NCBI RefSeq assembly: GCF_036321535.1
Contig: NC_087436.1
Location: 83,144,001 to 83,208,000 of the forward strand
Length of the DNA stretch: 64,000 bases
DNA from: Camelus dromedarius
Taxonomy: Eukaryota
Direction of reading: 5' to 3'
Made by a program: the position numbers and the translations under genes. The notes beneath the pieces were generated by a model. It saw only the letters and a list, made by a program, of their open reading frames with translations, did no database searches and was not told where the DNA came from. Shown here in pieces: positions 36,190-50,283 of the stretch. Position 1 is the stretch's first letter; each line of letters begins with the position of its first letter.

Positions 36190-39100
36190 TTTAATTTACT
36201 TATTTATTTTTTTCCAGTTTTATGGAGATACAGTTGACATATAGCACTGCATAAATTGAACATATATTGCATAATGATTTGACTTATATACATCATGAGG
36301 TGATTATCAGAATAAGTTAAGGTTAGTGAGCATCCATCATCTCATATAGACAAAAAATTAAAGAAATTTAATTTTAGATTATATACAAAATTTGGAAATT
36401 TAATTTTGGCCTCCCCTAAATTTTTTTTCTTGTGCTTAGAGCTCTTAGGATTTATTCCATTAAGAATTTTCAAATATAACATACTGCACTGTTAATTATA
36501 TTTAACACATTGTACATGTTGTAAATAAGTACATATCTAGTACTTATTTATCTGATAACTGGAAGTTTGTACCCTTTGACTGCCTTCCTCCAATTCTCCC
36601 TTGCCCACTCACTGCCTCTGATAACTACAAATCTGACCTCTTTTTTTCATGAGTTTGTCTATTTGTTTGTTTTTGAAGTACAACTGACCTACACCACTGT
36701 TAGTTCCTGTTATACAACATAGTGACTCAATGTTTCTATACATTTCAAACTGATCACCACAATAAGACTAGTTAGAATATGTCACCATATAAAGACATTA
36801 CATAGTTTTTGACTATAGTCCCCACACTGCAGATTTCATACCAGTGACTCATTTATTTTGCAACTGAAAGTTTGTACCTCTTCACCTCTGTCATCTATTT
36901 CTTTCCTCCTCATCCTTCACCTCTGGTAACCATCTGTTTGTTCTCTGTATCTATAACTCTATTTCTGTTTTATGTTTGTCCATTTGTTTTGTTTTTTTAG
37001 ACTTCACATGTAAGTGAAACCATACAGTATTTTTCTTTATCTCTCTGATTTATTTCATGTAGTGTAATACCCTCTAGGTCCATCTGTATCGTCATAAATG
37101 GCAAGATTTCATTCTTTTTTATGGTTGAGTAAATATTCCATTGTATTCCAATATACCACATCTTCTTTATCCACTCATCTACTGATGAGTACTTTGGTTG
37201 CCTCCACATGTTGGCTATTGCAAATCATGCTGCAGTGAACAGAGAAGTGCATATATCTTTTTAAATTAGTAATTTTGTTTTCTTCAGAAAAATACCCAGG
37301 AGTGGATTGGTTGGATCACTTGGTAGTTCTAGTTTTCATTCTTTGCGATACCACCATACTGTTTTCCATAGTGGCTGTGCCAATTTACATTCCCGCCAAC
37401 AGTGCACAAGGGTTCCCTTCTTTCCACATCCTTACTAGCACTTGCTATTTGTTGTCTTTTGGATAATAACCATTCTGATAGGCGTGAGGTGATATCTCAT
37501 TGTGGTTTAGTTTGCATTTTCCTGATAATTAGTGACATTGAGCATCTTTTCATGTGCCTATAAGTCATCTGTATGTCTTCCTTGGGAAATGTCTATTCAG
37601 ATCCTCTGCCCATTTTTTAATTGGGTTGTTTGGTTCTTTTTTTGATGTTGAGTTGCATGTGTATATTTTGGATATTAACCCTGTATCAGATATATTATTT
37701 GCAAATATCTTCTCCCATTCACTAGGTTGTCTTTTTGTTTTGTAGTTGTGCAAGCTTTAGGGTTTAATTAGGTCCCACTTGCTTATTTTTGCTTTTGTTT
37801 CCTTTGCCTTAGGGGATGGATTCAAAAAAATATTGCTACAATTTATGTCAAAGAATATTCTGCCTATGTTTTTCTCTAAGAGTTTTACACTTATGCAGTC
37901 TCACATCGAGATCTTTAATCAACTTTGAATCTATTTTTGCATATGGTGTTAGAGAATGTTCTAATTTCATTCTTTCACAAGTAGTTGTCCAGTTTCCCCA
38001 GCATCATTTATTGAAGAGACTGTCTTTCCTCCATCATACATTCTTGCCTCCTTTGTCATAGATTAATTGACTATAAATGTGTGGGTTTATTTCTGGGCTC
38101 TCTATCCAGCTCTATTGACCTATGTGTCTGTTTTTGTGCCAATATCACACTGTTTGGATTACTATAGCTTTATAGTATAGTCTGAAGTCGGGGAGTGTGA
38201 TTCCCTCAGCTCTGTTCTTTCTCATAATTGTTTTGCCTATTCAGGGTCTGTGTTTCCATACAAATTTTAAAATTATTTGTTCTAGTTTGTGAAAAATACC
38301 ATTAACATTTTGATAGAGATTGCATTGAATCTGTAGATTGCTTTGGGTAGTATGGTCATTTTAGCAATATTAACTCTTCCAGTTCATGAACACAGTGTAT
38401 CTTTTCATCTGTTTGTGTTGTCTTCAGTTTCTTTCATCAGTATCTTATAGTTTTCCGAGTACAGGTCTTTTACCACCTTAGTTAGATTTATTCTTAGATA
38501 TTTTATTCTTTTTGATGCACTGGTAAATGGGATTGTTTTCTTAATTCCTCTTTCTGATAGTTCATTATTAGTGTATAGAAATGCAACAAATTTCTGTATA
38601 TTAATTTTGCATCCTGCAACTTTACCAGATTGCTTGATGAACTCTAGTAGTTTTTTGGTGGTGGTGTTAGGGTTTTCTATTTATAGAATCATGCCATCTG
38701 CAAGCAGTGATAGTTTTTTTCTTCCTTTTCATTGTGGATGCCTTTTATTTCTTTTTCTTTTTTTGATTGCTGTGGCTTGGACTTCCAAAGCTATGTTGAA
38801 TAAAAGTGGCCAGAGTGGGCATCCTTGTCTTGTTCCTGATCTTGGAGGAAATGCTTTCAGCTTTTCACTATTAAATATGTTGTTCACTGTGGGCTTGTCA
38901 TGTATGGCCTTTATTATAATGAGGTGTGTTCCCTCTATACCCACTTTGTTGAAAGTTTTTTTTATCATATATGGATGTTGAATTTTGTCAAAAGGTTTTT
39001 CTGCATCTATTGAGATGATGATATGATTTTTATTTTTCAATGTGTTAATGTGTTATATCACATTGATTAATTTGCAGATACTGCACCGTCCTTAAATAGG

Positions 39101-41070
39101 TTAAATTCCACTTGATCAAGGTGTATAATCCCTTTAATGTATTGTTTTTGTTAAGGACCTTTGCTTCTATGTTCATCAGTGTTATTGGCCTGTAATTTTC
39201 TTTTCTTTCTTTCTTTCTTTTTTTTCTTTCTTTTTTTTTTTTTTTTTTTTTTGGTGGTATCTTTGTCTGGTTTTAGTATCAGGGTGATGCTGGCCTCATA
39301 AAATGAGTTTGGAAGTATTCGTTCTTCTGCAATTTTTGAAATAGTTTGAAAAAGTTTGTTAACACTTCTAAAAATGTTTGATAGAATTCACCATGAAGCC
39401 ATCTGGTCCTGGACTTTTGTTTGTTGGGAGTATATTAAATTATGGACCAGTTGCATTGCTGGTAATTGGTCTTTTTATATTTTCTATTTCTTCCTGGTTC
39501 AGTCTTTAAAGACTGTACATTTCTAGCAATTTGTCCGTTTCTTCCAGGTTATCCATTTTATTGGCATATAATTGGTCATAATAATTTATTATGATCCTTT
39601 GTATTTCTATGATGTTAGTTCTAACTCCTCTTTTTCATTTCTGATTTTATTGATTTGGGTCCTCTCTCTTTTTTTCTTGATGATTCTAGCTAAATGTTTA
39701 TCAGTTTTGTTTATCTTTTCAAAGAACCAGTTCTTAGTTTCATTGGTTTTTCCTATTTTTTAAAAATCTCCATTTCATTTATGATCTTTATGTTTTCTTT
39801 CCTTCTACTGTCTTTGGGTTTTGTGTGTTCTTTTTCTAGTCTTTAGGTGTAAGGTTAGGTTGTTATTTGAGATTTTTCTTGTTTCCTGAGGTACACCTAT
39901 GTCACTACAAACTTCCCTCTTAGGACTGCTTTTGCTGCATCCCATGGAATAAACATGTATCCTTTCCATTTGTCTCCAGGCATTTTGATTTCTTCTTTGA
40001 TTTTGTCAGTGACCCATTGGTTGTTTCATAGCTTATTGCTTAGTCTCCACATGTTTGTGTTCTTTCAAGTTTTTTTCTTGTAGGTGATTTCTAGTCTCAT
40101 ATCCTTGTGGTCAAAAAAGATGCTTGATAATATTTCAGTTTCCTTAAATTTACTGAGGCTTGTTTTGTGGCCTAGCATGTGATCTGTCCTGGAAAACGTT
40201 CCCTGTGTACTTGAAAAGAATATGTATTCTGTTTTTGGATGGAATGTCTTATATGTCAATGAAGTCCATTTGGTCTAATGTATCATGTAAGGCCAGTGTT
40301 TCCTTATTGATTTTCTGTCTGGATGGTCTGTCCATTGATGAAAGTGGGATATTAAAATTCTCTACTGTTATTATGTTACAGTCAATTTCTCCCTTTATGT
40401 CTGTTAACATTTGCTTTATGAATTTAGGTGCTCCTATGTTAGGTGCTTGTGAATTTATAATTGTTATATTTCTTCTTGGATTGTTCCCTTGATCGTTACG
40501 TAATGTTCTTATTTGTCTCTTATAACACCCTTTGTTTTAAAGTCTTTCTTGTCTGATATAAATATTGCTACCCTGATTTTCTTTTGATTTCCGTTTGCAT
40601 GGAATACATTTTTCTTCACTTTCAGTCCCTGTGTGTCTTTAGATCTGAAGTGAGTCTCTTGTAGGCAGCATATTTGCGGGTCTTGTTTTTGTATCCATTC
40701 AGCCACTCTGTGTCTTTTGACTGGAGTGTTTAGTCCATTTACACTTAAGGTAATTGATATGTATGTACTTACTGACATTTTGTTAATTATTTTTGTAGTT
40801 CTTTTTTGTTCCTATCTTCTTCTTTTGTTCTCTTATCTTGTGATTTGATATCTATCTTTAGTGTTATGTTTGGATTCCTCTCTTTGTGTGTGTCTGTGTG
40901 TGTATCTATTATAGATTTTTGTTTTGTGGTTACCCTGAGGTTTATATATAGCAGTCTATATTTATATGTGATTATTTTAAGTTGCTGATTTCTTAATTTC
41001 TAACTCATTTTCACAACCCTGCATTTTTACTCTCCTCCCCTCATGATTACTGTTCTTGACACCATATTTT
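36190..41070 (-). mobile_element. older 5'-truncated LINE-1 with degenerate ORF2 and long 3'UTR
   Basis: fragmented ORF2 pieces ([16 protein letters not shown] at 40509-40778; [14 protein letters not shown] and [10 protein letters not shown] at 38729-39040; C-terminus at 36997-37209); many stops and frameshifts; no ORF1. Confidence 0.92.
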
Positions 41071-41488
41071 ACTGAATTTCTATATTCTGATTTGACTTTT
41101 CCTTCCTATTATAAACTAGTGATGGTTAAGAACACAAGAATGAAAAAAATTCTTATAAAACTTCATGACACAGTGATGAACTCTCCTGGTGAACTCTATA
41201 ATGGGAACAGCCTTCTATTTTGACTTGAATACCTTGCTTTGTCCTTCTCCTCCAACTTTTCATTGTAGTTCCCATATTGGCACAGGGCTATGGAGAGTGG
41301 CAAGGAAGAAAATGTCTGAGAAATGGAGTATTCACCAGAAAAGCAACAGTTGAAAGGAGAGATGGAGATGGTTAAATGATAAACTTAAGATCTCTGCTCA
41401 CTCACTAGCACAGAGGCTAGAGAATAAGTTTAGATAAGTTCTAGAAAATAAATGTTTTTGCATAGTCTGAGTTATTAAAGCCTGCCAT

Positions 41489-43028
41489 CAGTGCCAGCAT
41501 CATAATTTGGTGGGCCCAGTGCAAAATGAAAATTCAGAGCCACTTGTTTGAAAAGTATAAAAAAGAGTAGTTAAAGGTACTAAAATATAAAGCTTTTCTT
41601 TTCTTCCACATTCCCTTCCCCCCCATCTTTTCTTTTCAAGGGAAAAAAAAATTTTTGAGGAACTTCATACTGCACATTTTCAGAGAGAATCACATAAGAA
41701 AGTAAAATATTATTCTCCCTTCATCCTGAAAATAAATAAGAAAGGCATACATTTTTTTAAAAAATCATGACACTCAGAAGTTTACCACCAGCATCCAAAA
41801 TGAACAAAAGAGCAAAAAAAAAAAAAAAAAAGCGTTTACTATATAGTTTAGATTTCTTTGGCTGAGGAGGGGTCTCCCCATATGGTATTAATATTTCTTC
41901 TTTCAATTCATATTACCAAAACAGTAAAAACCAGGAAAAAATATAAACCTAGTGGTTGCTGTAACTGGGGAGGTTGCTCTCTTGTTCTGTGCAGGCACTC
42001 CTGGGATGTCAGCTTGCTGGGAAAAATTTGCTGACATTTTCTTTTTGTAGTTGTTTGTTTTGTAAAGAATAATAGTAAACATTCTAATGTTCACATGCTG
42101 GTAATTAGCCTTCTAATTTATTGCTTAGATGCTTGTTTGGTGTGAGTAAGGTCATCTTCCACCATCTCTTTTTCAATTTGTAATGGTGTTTTTATTTGCT
42201 ATTTAATGTTGTTTTAAGTAAAAAATAGAATTTTAAATTACTAGCATGAATTTTACCATTCATCTTTACATTGTGCAATACTGGTATTAAATACAAATAG
42301 AAGCATTTAATTTGTGTGCAGAAATCATCTAAATTACACAATTTCTATTTTGTAGCTCTTATATGCCTGTGTATTTCATCCTTATCAGAACAGTGGAAAC
42401 ACTGCCAGAACTAACTCAACTGTTTTATTCCACTTCTTGATTCCTGCATGTTCTACCAACATTCTAATTTTGGTGTAATTACAAGGAAAGACTGAAAGGA
42501 AAAGGAATTATGGGTTGCCCTATCTTTCTTTTTCTTTCTATATGGTCATGCTCAGCGTAAGTGGTTGCCTAACACTCAGAACTAACGGGAGTAAGAAATG
42601 ATATGGTAGGGTTTCTTGCTCCTTTGTGTTTCTTAGAATGCCACTGCCTTCTTTCTGTGCTGGAAGCCAACTTCTGGTTCAGACAGGAAGTATGGCCTCT
42701 AGGGGCTGTCAGTGTCCTGCTTACTCAGTTGTAGAGGTAACCTGCATACCTTATACTAGCTTTGAGGCTCATTGAAGTCCCACACATCATGGATCCAATG
42801 GGATTTTGTACTCATGGGGCACCTTGAACAGGTTGGCAAGAAATAGACATATGGCATGTATCTCCCCTGTTCACACCCATACTGCAGTGTTAATGTCAGA
42901 CTTCACTTACAAAACACAAGATAAAGTTAAGAATTTTAAGACAGAACATTAAACGAGATGTAGGGCCTTCTGAGAACAGGACACTGTGCAACCGACTACA
43001 CTGGTCACACACCCACGAAGCTGCCCTG
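41489..43028 (-). mobile_element. non-autonomous hAT transposon (MER45-like), about 1.5 kb
   Basis: TIR-like ends cagtgccagc / gctgccctg; 8-bp TSD cctgccat 41481-41488 / cttgccat 43029-43036. Confidence 0.8.
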
Positions 43029-43687
43029 CTTGCCATGTATGTTGGGACCAGACATCTTAAATTCTTTGCTGGTTGTGGAGAGACTGCTCGTTGCCACTTA
43101 ATAATCCCCCCTCCACACTGCTTCCTTGGTAATAGAATGCAAATTTTATTTGGAGTTAGGAAGGTGCTCAGCTAAAAACTACATTTTCTAGCATCTTATG
43201 CAGCTGCCTATAAACAGATTTTAGTTAATCAGATGTATGCAGAAGTGTTGAATGGGATTTAAGGGATAGCAGCTTCATTCCTCCTTTTTAGCTGCTTGGA
43301 ATAGAGTTGTCATAGCTAGAACTCCAGCAGTCATCTTGGATCATGAGGTGACCTTGAAGATGGAAGTCAGGTTCTCAAATGAAACACAGAGAAGGTGACT
43401 GAGTCCCTGAAAAACCATGGAGCTGCCACACGAGCCCTTGGCAGCTTATCTCAGGACTTTTTCTGTGTGACAGAAATAAACTTGTATCTTGTTAAATCAT
43501 TATTATTTGGCAGTTTTATTATATGCAGGCAAAACTAATCCTAACTTACAGGGAAAGCTTCATTAGTTCAGATAGGTTAACAAATTAAGTTAAGCAGTGT
43601 TTTTTTTTTATATTAAAAATTATTTTAATTCTTCGGTTTTTATGTTCACTTTAACTTACACTTTTTTGTTCTGGTCCATATGTGTTC

Positions 43688-43855
43688 TTTTTTTTTTAAG
43701 TATAGTCAGTTTATAATGTTTTAATTTCTGGCATACAGCATAGTGATTCAGCTATACATATATTTTCCTTTTCATTATAGGCTATTGCAAGGTATTGAAT
43801 ATAGTTCTCTGTGCTATATAGTAAGACCTTGTCATTTGTCTATTTTATATATAAA
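43688..43855 (-). mobile_element. short L1 3' end
   Basis: T-run followed by L1 3'UTR similar to the 1720-1900 copy. Confidence 0.75.
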
Positions 43856-45982
43856 GTCAAGCAGTGTTTAAATACAAACCTTGGGCAGTCCTCAGTTTGT
43901 TGCTGGATAACATGTTTAGAAGCCCTTGCTTTGAGTGGCAACCATTTCTAAGATTCAGAAGCACTTTTCCTCTTTCTTCCCAGTTGAGGACCATGTTCTG
44001 GAGCTCTGAGAGTGCAGGTAAACTCCAGATAAATGCAGTGTTATCATGTAATGTGTTATGACAGTGGTACAGCAATATTATAACGTCAGTGTATCATTTT
44101 GTAATTTTCCTAAGTAATTTAAATACCAATATGAGCATGGGAAAAAAATCATAAACGTCCATGTGGATAATTATAAGATTACCTATAGAAAAGAGATGTC
44201 AACCATTAATCAGTCGTCCATAGAAAACAGATCAAGTTGTTGCTGAAAAGTAGCGAGATCAGGTTGGCTAATACTGCCATCTAGAGTTAAAATTCCAAAC
44301 TACCACTTCTTGTCTCCAAGGAGCCTGAAGGTGGAGGTGTGAGCAGGTGGCTGCTCCTCCCGCTGACTTGTACTGGCCATCCTAACTGTCTTGTCCATTT
44401 ATGAAGAGTCACTAGATGACATCTGCCAGGGATCCTCCTGGAGGCATCAGGGATGGAAGCTGTGGTGTAATCATAAACCAAGCTAATACAGGGAGTGTGG
44501 TCCCTTTTCCATTTGTCGGATCTAAGGGCTGCCCTGGCTGGCTAAGTAGCACGGAGATGGGTTTGAACTCAGAAGCATGGAGGTTAAGCAGAAGCAGGTC
44601 TAGGAAGAGGATGGCAGAGGAAAGCAATGGAAATGCAAACGCCCCCCCTTCTCAGATGTCTTTCCCGTTGATCCTCAAGGATTGACCTCAGACCCGTTTC
44701 CTCTCCTCCTAACTGGTTTATTCTGCTTTGCTCAGCCCCACGTGCTCCATGACGACCTTTGTAAGCTCATCCTCTCTCTCTCACCCCCTTTCTAACATCC
44801 GATCTCGCCTCGCTTGGAGTCAGTGCTGTTTGGTGGAAAGAAGGTAGAGAAGGAGGCACAGTTTGAATCCAGTCTCCCGTTTATCTTATTGTTTATCTTG
44901 AGCAAGTCACTACGATTTGAGACTTCAGTTATTCACATCTCTATGGGATACATAATATGGACCTTACAGGGTAGCTGCCAAGCTTAAATGGGGAAATGTA
45001 TTGTGAAAGAAACTGGCGTGTGGTAGGTAGTTAGGAAATTTTATTTTCTTTGCCTTTTGTCATTCCCACGTCCTCCATAAAGCACTGTTAGGGAAAGTTA
45101 GTTAAAAAAAAAAAAAAAAGAAAGAAAGAAAAATAGGCTATTAGTATGAGATATAAGGTATAAATAATTTTCAAAGTTTGATTTTTAAAGATACAGTGAC
45201 AATCAATGTCTATTGCTTTTGTTTTGTAACCTGTATGTTCTTTGAGAAAGGGAAGTGCATCAGATATGGCTGTATCGGTGGAAAGAAAAACCATGGGCTC
45301 TTCTACTCTACTGATCTGTAATTCAAGACCAGTCACTGTCACCTCTCTGAGCCTAAATTCTTCCCCCGTGGGACAGGGACAGTGTTCCTCTCCCGCCTCC
45401 TTACTCTGTGCTTACGAGGACACGGCAGGTAAAACAGCTGGAAGGATTTTGTAAAGTCAAAGGAAATACTAATGTAAATAATAATTATTACATTTCGTTG
45501 GCTCCTTGTTATACCCATAGTGGACATTCAGTAAATATTTTAAAAAGAATTAACCATGAATTTTCCCTAATTAATTCACGTTATAGTCATGGAGGGCCTG
45601 TTAAGTGTCAGCCGCTGTATTTAGCATGTATTGTGTGACAGACACTTTGCTAGGATTTGGTGAGACTGCAAAGATGATTAAGGTTCCTCCTGGAACTGGT
45701 TGGTCAAAGATGAAATAATGTAGCAACACAGAGTAAAATGTGTTCCCTGTTGGGGAGTGTCTGTGTACTAAGGGCATCATTTGTTGTAGGAACCCAGGAA
45801 AGAGTAACACACCGTGGAGTCCAAGAAGCACTTCACGGAGATGAGGCGCTTGAGGCATACGTATTTTTGTAAATAGAAATAGAAATGGAGAAAAAGAAAT
45901 TCCTCTTCTCAGAATGACACAGAATGAACCAAGGTATGGATTTGGGGGAAAAAAATAGGAAAAAGTTGTTTTTATGACAGAC

Positions 45983-46006
<24 letters not shown>
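45983..46006. repeat. (TG)12 microsatellite
   Basis: direct reading. Confidence 0.95.
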
Positions 46007-46013
<7 letters not shown>

Positions 46014-46086
46014 AGGAGAGAGATGCTTGTAATTGTTGGTGAGATGCAGCTGGAAACATCAGTTACAAGCAGATCATAGAGGGCCT

Positions 46087-46156
46087 TAAATTATACACAA
46101 ATGATTTTGTGTTTATAATTTATAAATTATACACAAATGATTTTGTGTTTATAATT
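46087..46156. repeat. 36-bp period tandem duplication
   Basis: taaattatacacaaatgattttgtgtttataatt at 46087-46120 and 46123-46156. Confidence 0.95.
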
Positions 46157-46525
46157 ATATATATATTTTCTGTAGCAATAGGCCTACAACCATTAAAAAA
46201 GCAAGTGATGTAACCAGAACTGTGTTTTGTGCAGTTTACTCTTAGGAGAGCATAAAAGATTGATTAGAGATGCCAGACATTAGAGATATAGACATAAGAG
46301 ATGTTATTGCAAAAGAACTGAACTAGGTTAGGAGTGGCAGAGATATAAAGTGGATAGCAAATGAGATGTTGCTGATATGAGCTTACATCCTTCAGCAACT
46401 AATTGATTAGGGGAGAATTTTGCAATGGGGGCGGAATATACGATGAATTGGAATTTTCTAGATGGAAGGGTTGTGAGGATGTGCCCATAGAGGGCACAAG
46501 AGCAGAGATCAGGGACTAAAAAGTG

Positions 46526-46835
46526 TGTAAAAAATTAATAAACAGAAACAATGGAGTTGGAAGACCAGAAGGGGGAGCTCTCAGAGCCCAATAGGAAGGG
46601 GAAAAGACTCCTTTCCTGGCAAGATCTTAGCCAATGAAAAGCCCTGGACTCTGTTTACTATAGTCCTCCCAAACCCCTTTCCCTCTCTACAGAAATGTTC
46701 TCCTTCCCTTGCAGTGGGAGAACTTGCAAGTGGCTCACCGTGGTTGCAGACCCCGAACTGCTATTCTTCACTGATCCCAAGCAAAACCATCTTTGCTGAA
46801 GAAATATCTGGCAGTCTATTTGTTTCAGGTCAACA
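46526..46835 (+). mobile_element. short ERV-type solo LTR
   Basis: TGT...ACA ends, near-TSD agtg/agta, two CCAAT boxes. Confidence 0.65.
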
Positions 46836-49193
46836 AGTATGTTATCGTAGAAACTGAATAGATTTTCTAGTCAAATTGGCCAGTGTTACGATCCTGCCAC
46901 TGACATGCATGTAACTCTAAGCAAGTTAACCAAAACTCCCTGAGACTTGATTTCTTACCTACAAAACGGGAATAATAATAATACTTATTTTACATGATGG
47001 ATGTACAGGATCCTTGGTACTTAGCTCTTTAGCATCCATCCCCCATTTCCTCCAGCAACATGCCCAGCTTTCATTTTGGAATCTGCCTATTCCTCACTCT
47101 TAGGACACATCCTTGGGTAAGATTCTTGGAGGCAGATCTGATTGGCCCAGGGGTGGACATGTGACCCATATCGGACCATTGAGAGCGTCATGGCTAAACA
47201 CCAGGGTTACTGTTTGTGAGCAGATTCTCCACAGGCTGTGAAGCTGAGAGCTGGGTATAAAGTTTAGAGCTGCTGCTGTAACCCTCTTGCCACCTCAGAG
47301 GAGAGTCTGGAACTGTGGAGTACACTGCTTGGAGCAAGAGGCACAGTGACAAGATACAGAGAAATAGAGTCACTAGGACATTAGTCCTTGTAGGACATTA
47401 GCACGTCCTGAAATCAGCCATGCTGATGGACTTTTATGTGACTGTCAGAAGAGGCTAAGTTATGCTATCTGTGCAATAACAAATACCTCCCCAAAGCTCA
47501 GGAGTTTGCAACAACAAAGATTCATTTCTCATTTATGCTACATAGATTAGCTGCAACTTTGCTAGACTGTTGTTTTGATCTGAGACCCAGGCCACACAGC
47601 AATCTCTATTTGGAAAATCACCAGTGGTTGTAACAGAGGAAAAAGAGAGTAGGGAAAATAAGTACTGGCTCTTAAACCACCTGCCTGCTTGCATGTCATT
47701 GGCCAGAACAAATTCACACGCTCAAGCTTGACGCCATAGGGTGGAGAGGGGCAGCCAATATTTTTGAATAATATTAATGCAATCTACCAGTAGATTCCCT
47801 TTCTGCTTAAAGCAAGCTTAGGTTGTATTTTCTGGCACTGGCAACCAAAAGAACCTTAGCTGAGAAAAGCTAATGAAAGAATTAAATTAGTTTCTATAAA
47901 ATAGTCAACATCTGGAAACATTCATAAATGGGGGCTACTATTTCCAAGCGTGTGAACACAGATGAATTGAGAATTATATCTGTCAATTTTTCTCAATTTA
48001 ATTTATCCACTATCTCACAAACAGTTATTGAGTTCTTTTTATGTGGCACACTCTGTGGTGGGGACACAAGAGTAGTACAATACATTTAGTTTAGTTCTCC
48101 AGTAGATTTTTTTTTTAAGAAATAACTTAATATAAGGGCTTGGTGTCTTATGCTGATAGTGTCAAACTCTTATAGTTTGTGCCTGAGGAAAGTGATAAAC
48201 ATTTAGGAAATTACTATTCAGAAAAATGTTATATAAGGTATGTAGTGAAATGGAACCAGAAGTATGAATGCTATTCATTTACTCACCACTCATCAACCCG
48301 TTTGTCCAATACCTACATAACTTCTACCATGAGCTAGACACTCTTGAGGTAGAAAAACAAATAATGTTTATTCTCGTCTCTAGTGAACTTAAATGCAGGA
48401 GTAGAGAGAGGTGAGCTGAGAGTATAAATCATATGGATGTTATAATAATAAAAATGAAACAATAATGCTGATGATGGCTAACACTGTCACAGTCACCGAT
48501 GACTGCCATTTTGCCAAACCTAAAGATCAACACTCAACCTTGCTTGACAAGCAATTGACAGAGTTAATCATTCCCTTATTCACTTATTTGTGCACACCAC
48601 CCTTCCTGGTTTTCCTCCTAGGATCGGTGCTCTGTTACATGCTTAACACACTTATCCCTGGGTGATCTCACTTAGTCTTCTGGCTTTAAGTATCATCTCT
48701 ACACTGATGACTCCCAGTTTTATGACCACCCCAATTTCTCTCCACAACTCCAGAATGATTGATCTTATTGCCTCCTTGTATAACAAGCCTCGCAGTTATT
48801 ACCAGACTGGACTCCTGACCCATCAGCCCCAAATTGGTGCCTCCCTCAGAGTTTGCACCTCAGGAAAGGGTACCACCATTCACCCCAGTTGTTCAGGCCA
48901 ACCTTGTAGTGACCCTAATCCCCTTCCTACCTTCCTCCTACTTCCACTCCATCAGCAAATCTGTGGATTCTGACTTCTGAAACATCTTGAATGTGACCGT
49001 TTTTTCTTTCCTCCCCTCCAGGATATCACCTTAGTCCCAGTGTCATCCTTCTGACCTGGACTCTGACAGCAGCCTCCCCTGCCTTTTCTGCTTCCTTTTT
49101 TGTTCTATTATTTTCTATGGCAGCCAAAATGACTCTTTTAAAATGAAAGTCAGATCATATCACTTCTCACAATTCAAAAGGCTCCACTTGGAA

Positions 49194-49238
49194 GTGCTCC
49201 ACGTCGTGCTCCACGTCACGCTCCACGTCACCCTCCAC
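49194..49238. repeat. 12-bp tandem repeat (about 3.7 copies)
   Basis: gtgctccacgtc gtgctccacgtc acgctccacgtc accctccac. Confidence 0.9.
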
Positions 49239-49969
49239 CGTTAGATATGAACATGACTCACTACCTCATTTCCTCATTTTCCAGGTCCCCTTGCCTCTGC
49301 TCAAATGTCACTTCCCTGATATTCTATCAAAAAATCCTAGTTCCTTCTGCCCCGCCCTCTCTTTCTTTACTGTTTTGTTTTTCTTCACGTTGCCACTTGA
49401 CATTATACCAAATACGTATTTATCTGTTTATAAATAGGAGAATGCAAGCACCATGAGGATTTTGCACTTCCAGCGCCAAAAACAGTCTGTAAGCGGGTTG
49501 GCACACAGGTACTTTCGTTAAGTACTCTAGGCATTATTCTAACACAATATTATTATCTATTAAATTATCCTAACATATTAGATTTGCTGTATTACTGTCT
49601 ACATTTTATAGACGTGGTGGCATCGTTAAGTAACTGGCCCAGAGTCACACAGCTTTTAAGCGACTTAGCTAGGACATAAATCCAGGCGCTCTTCCTCCCG
49701 GGGTCCCTCTGCACCTTAGCACTTGGCGTCTCCTATTTGATTCCCAAACTCCATTCGCGCGGAGGCGTCAGGATGACGGGTGCCAGGGCAGTGCTGTGGA
49801 AGGAGGCGGTGGGAGGGAGCGAGTTGGACCTATAACTGAGGCTGAAGAGGGCGCTGCTCACCCTGACTCTTCTGGACGTCAGCGCACTAGACTTTGGGAG
49901 TCACTAGACTTTCGGAGCCCAGAAGGCAGAGCCGACAGACCTCAGCAGGCGTCCGGGCACGAGAGCGGG

Positions 49970-50159
49970 ATGTACTTCTGCTGGGGCGCCGGGCGGCTGC
50001 GCCGGGAACAAGCGGGCCCGGGGGCCAACGCGCTGCTGCAGGCGGCCAGCGGGGAGCATCACTCGCTGCTGCTGCTGAGCGACGGCTCTGTCCAGTCGTG
50101 CGGGGACAACAGCCGGGGCCAGCTGGGCCGCAGGGGCGCGCCGCGCGGGAAGCAGCCAG
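49970..50159 (+). CDS. HERC6: HERC6 coding exon 1 (RCC1-like domain start)
   Basis: ATG 49970 in a CpG island; MYFCWGAG...[35 protein letters not shown] matches the HERC6 N-terminus; donor CAG|GTGAGC; 190 nt. Confidence 0.95.
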
Positions 50160-50283
50160 GTGAGCGCCGGGACGCAGGTGAGGGGCACGGGGCCGGACAG
50201 GTGGCGGTGCTGGGAGCCGTGGGTCCGCGGGACAGCCGCAGACGGCAGAACGGGGCTCACCGCCGCCTGCGGGCAGTCCTGTC

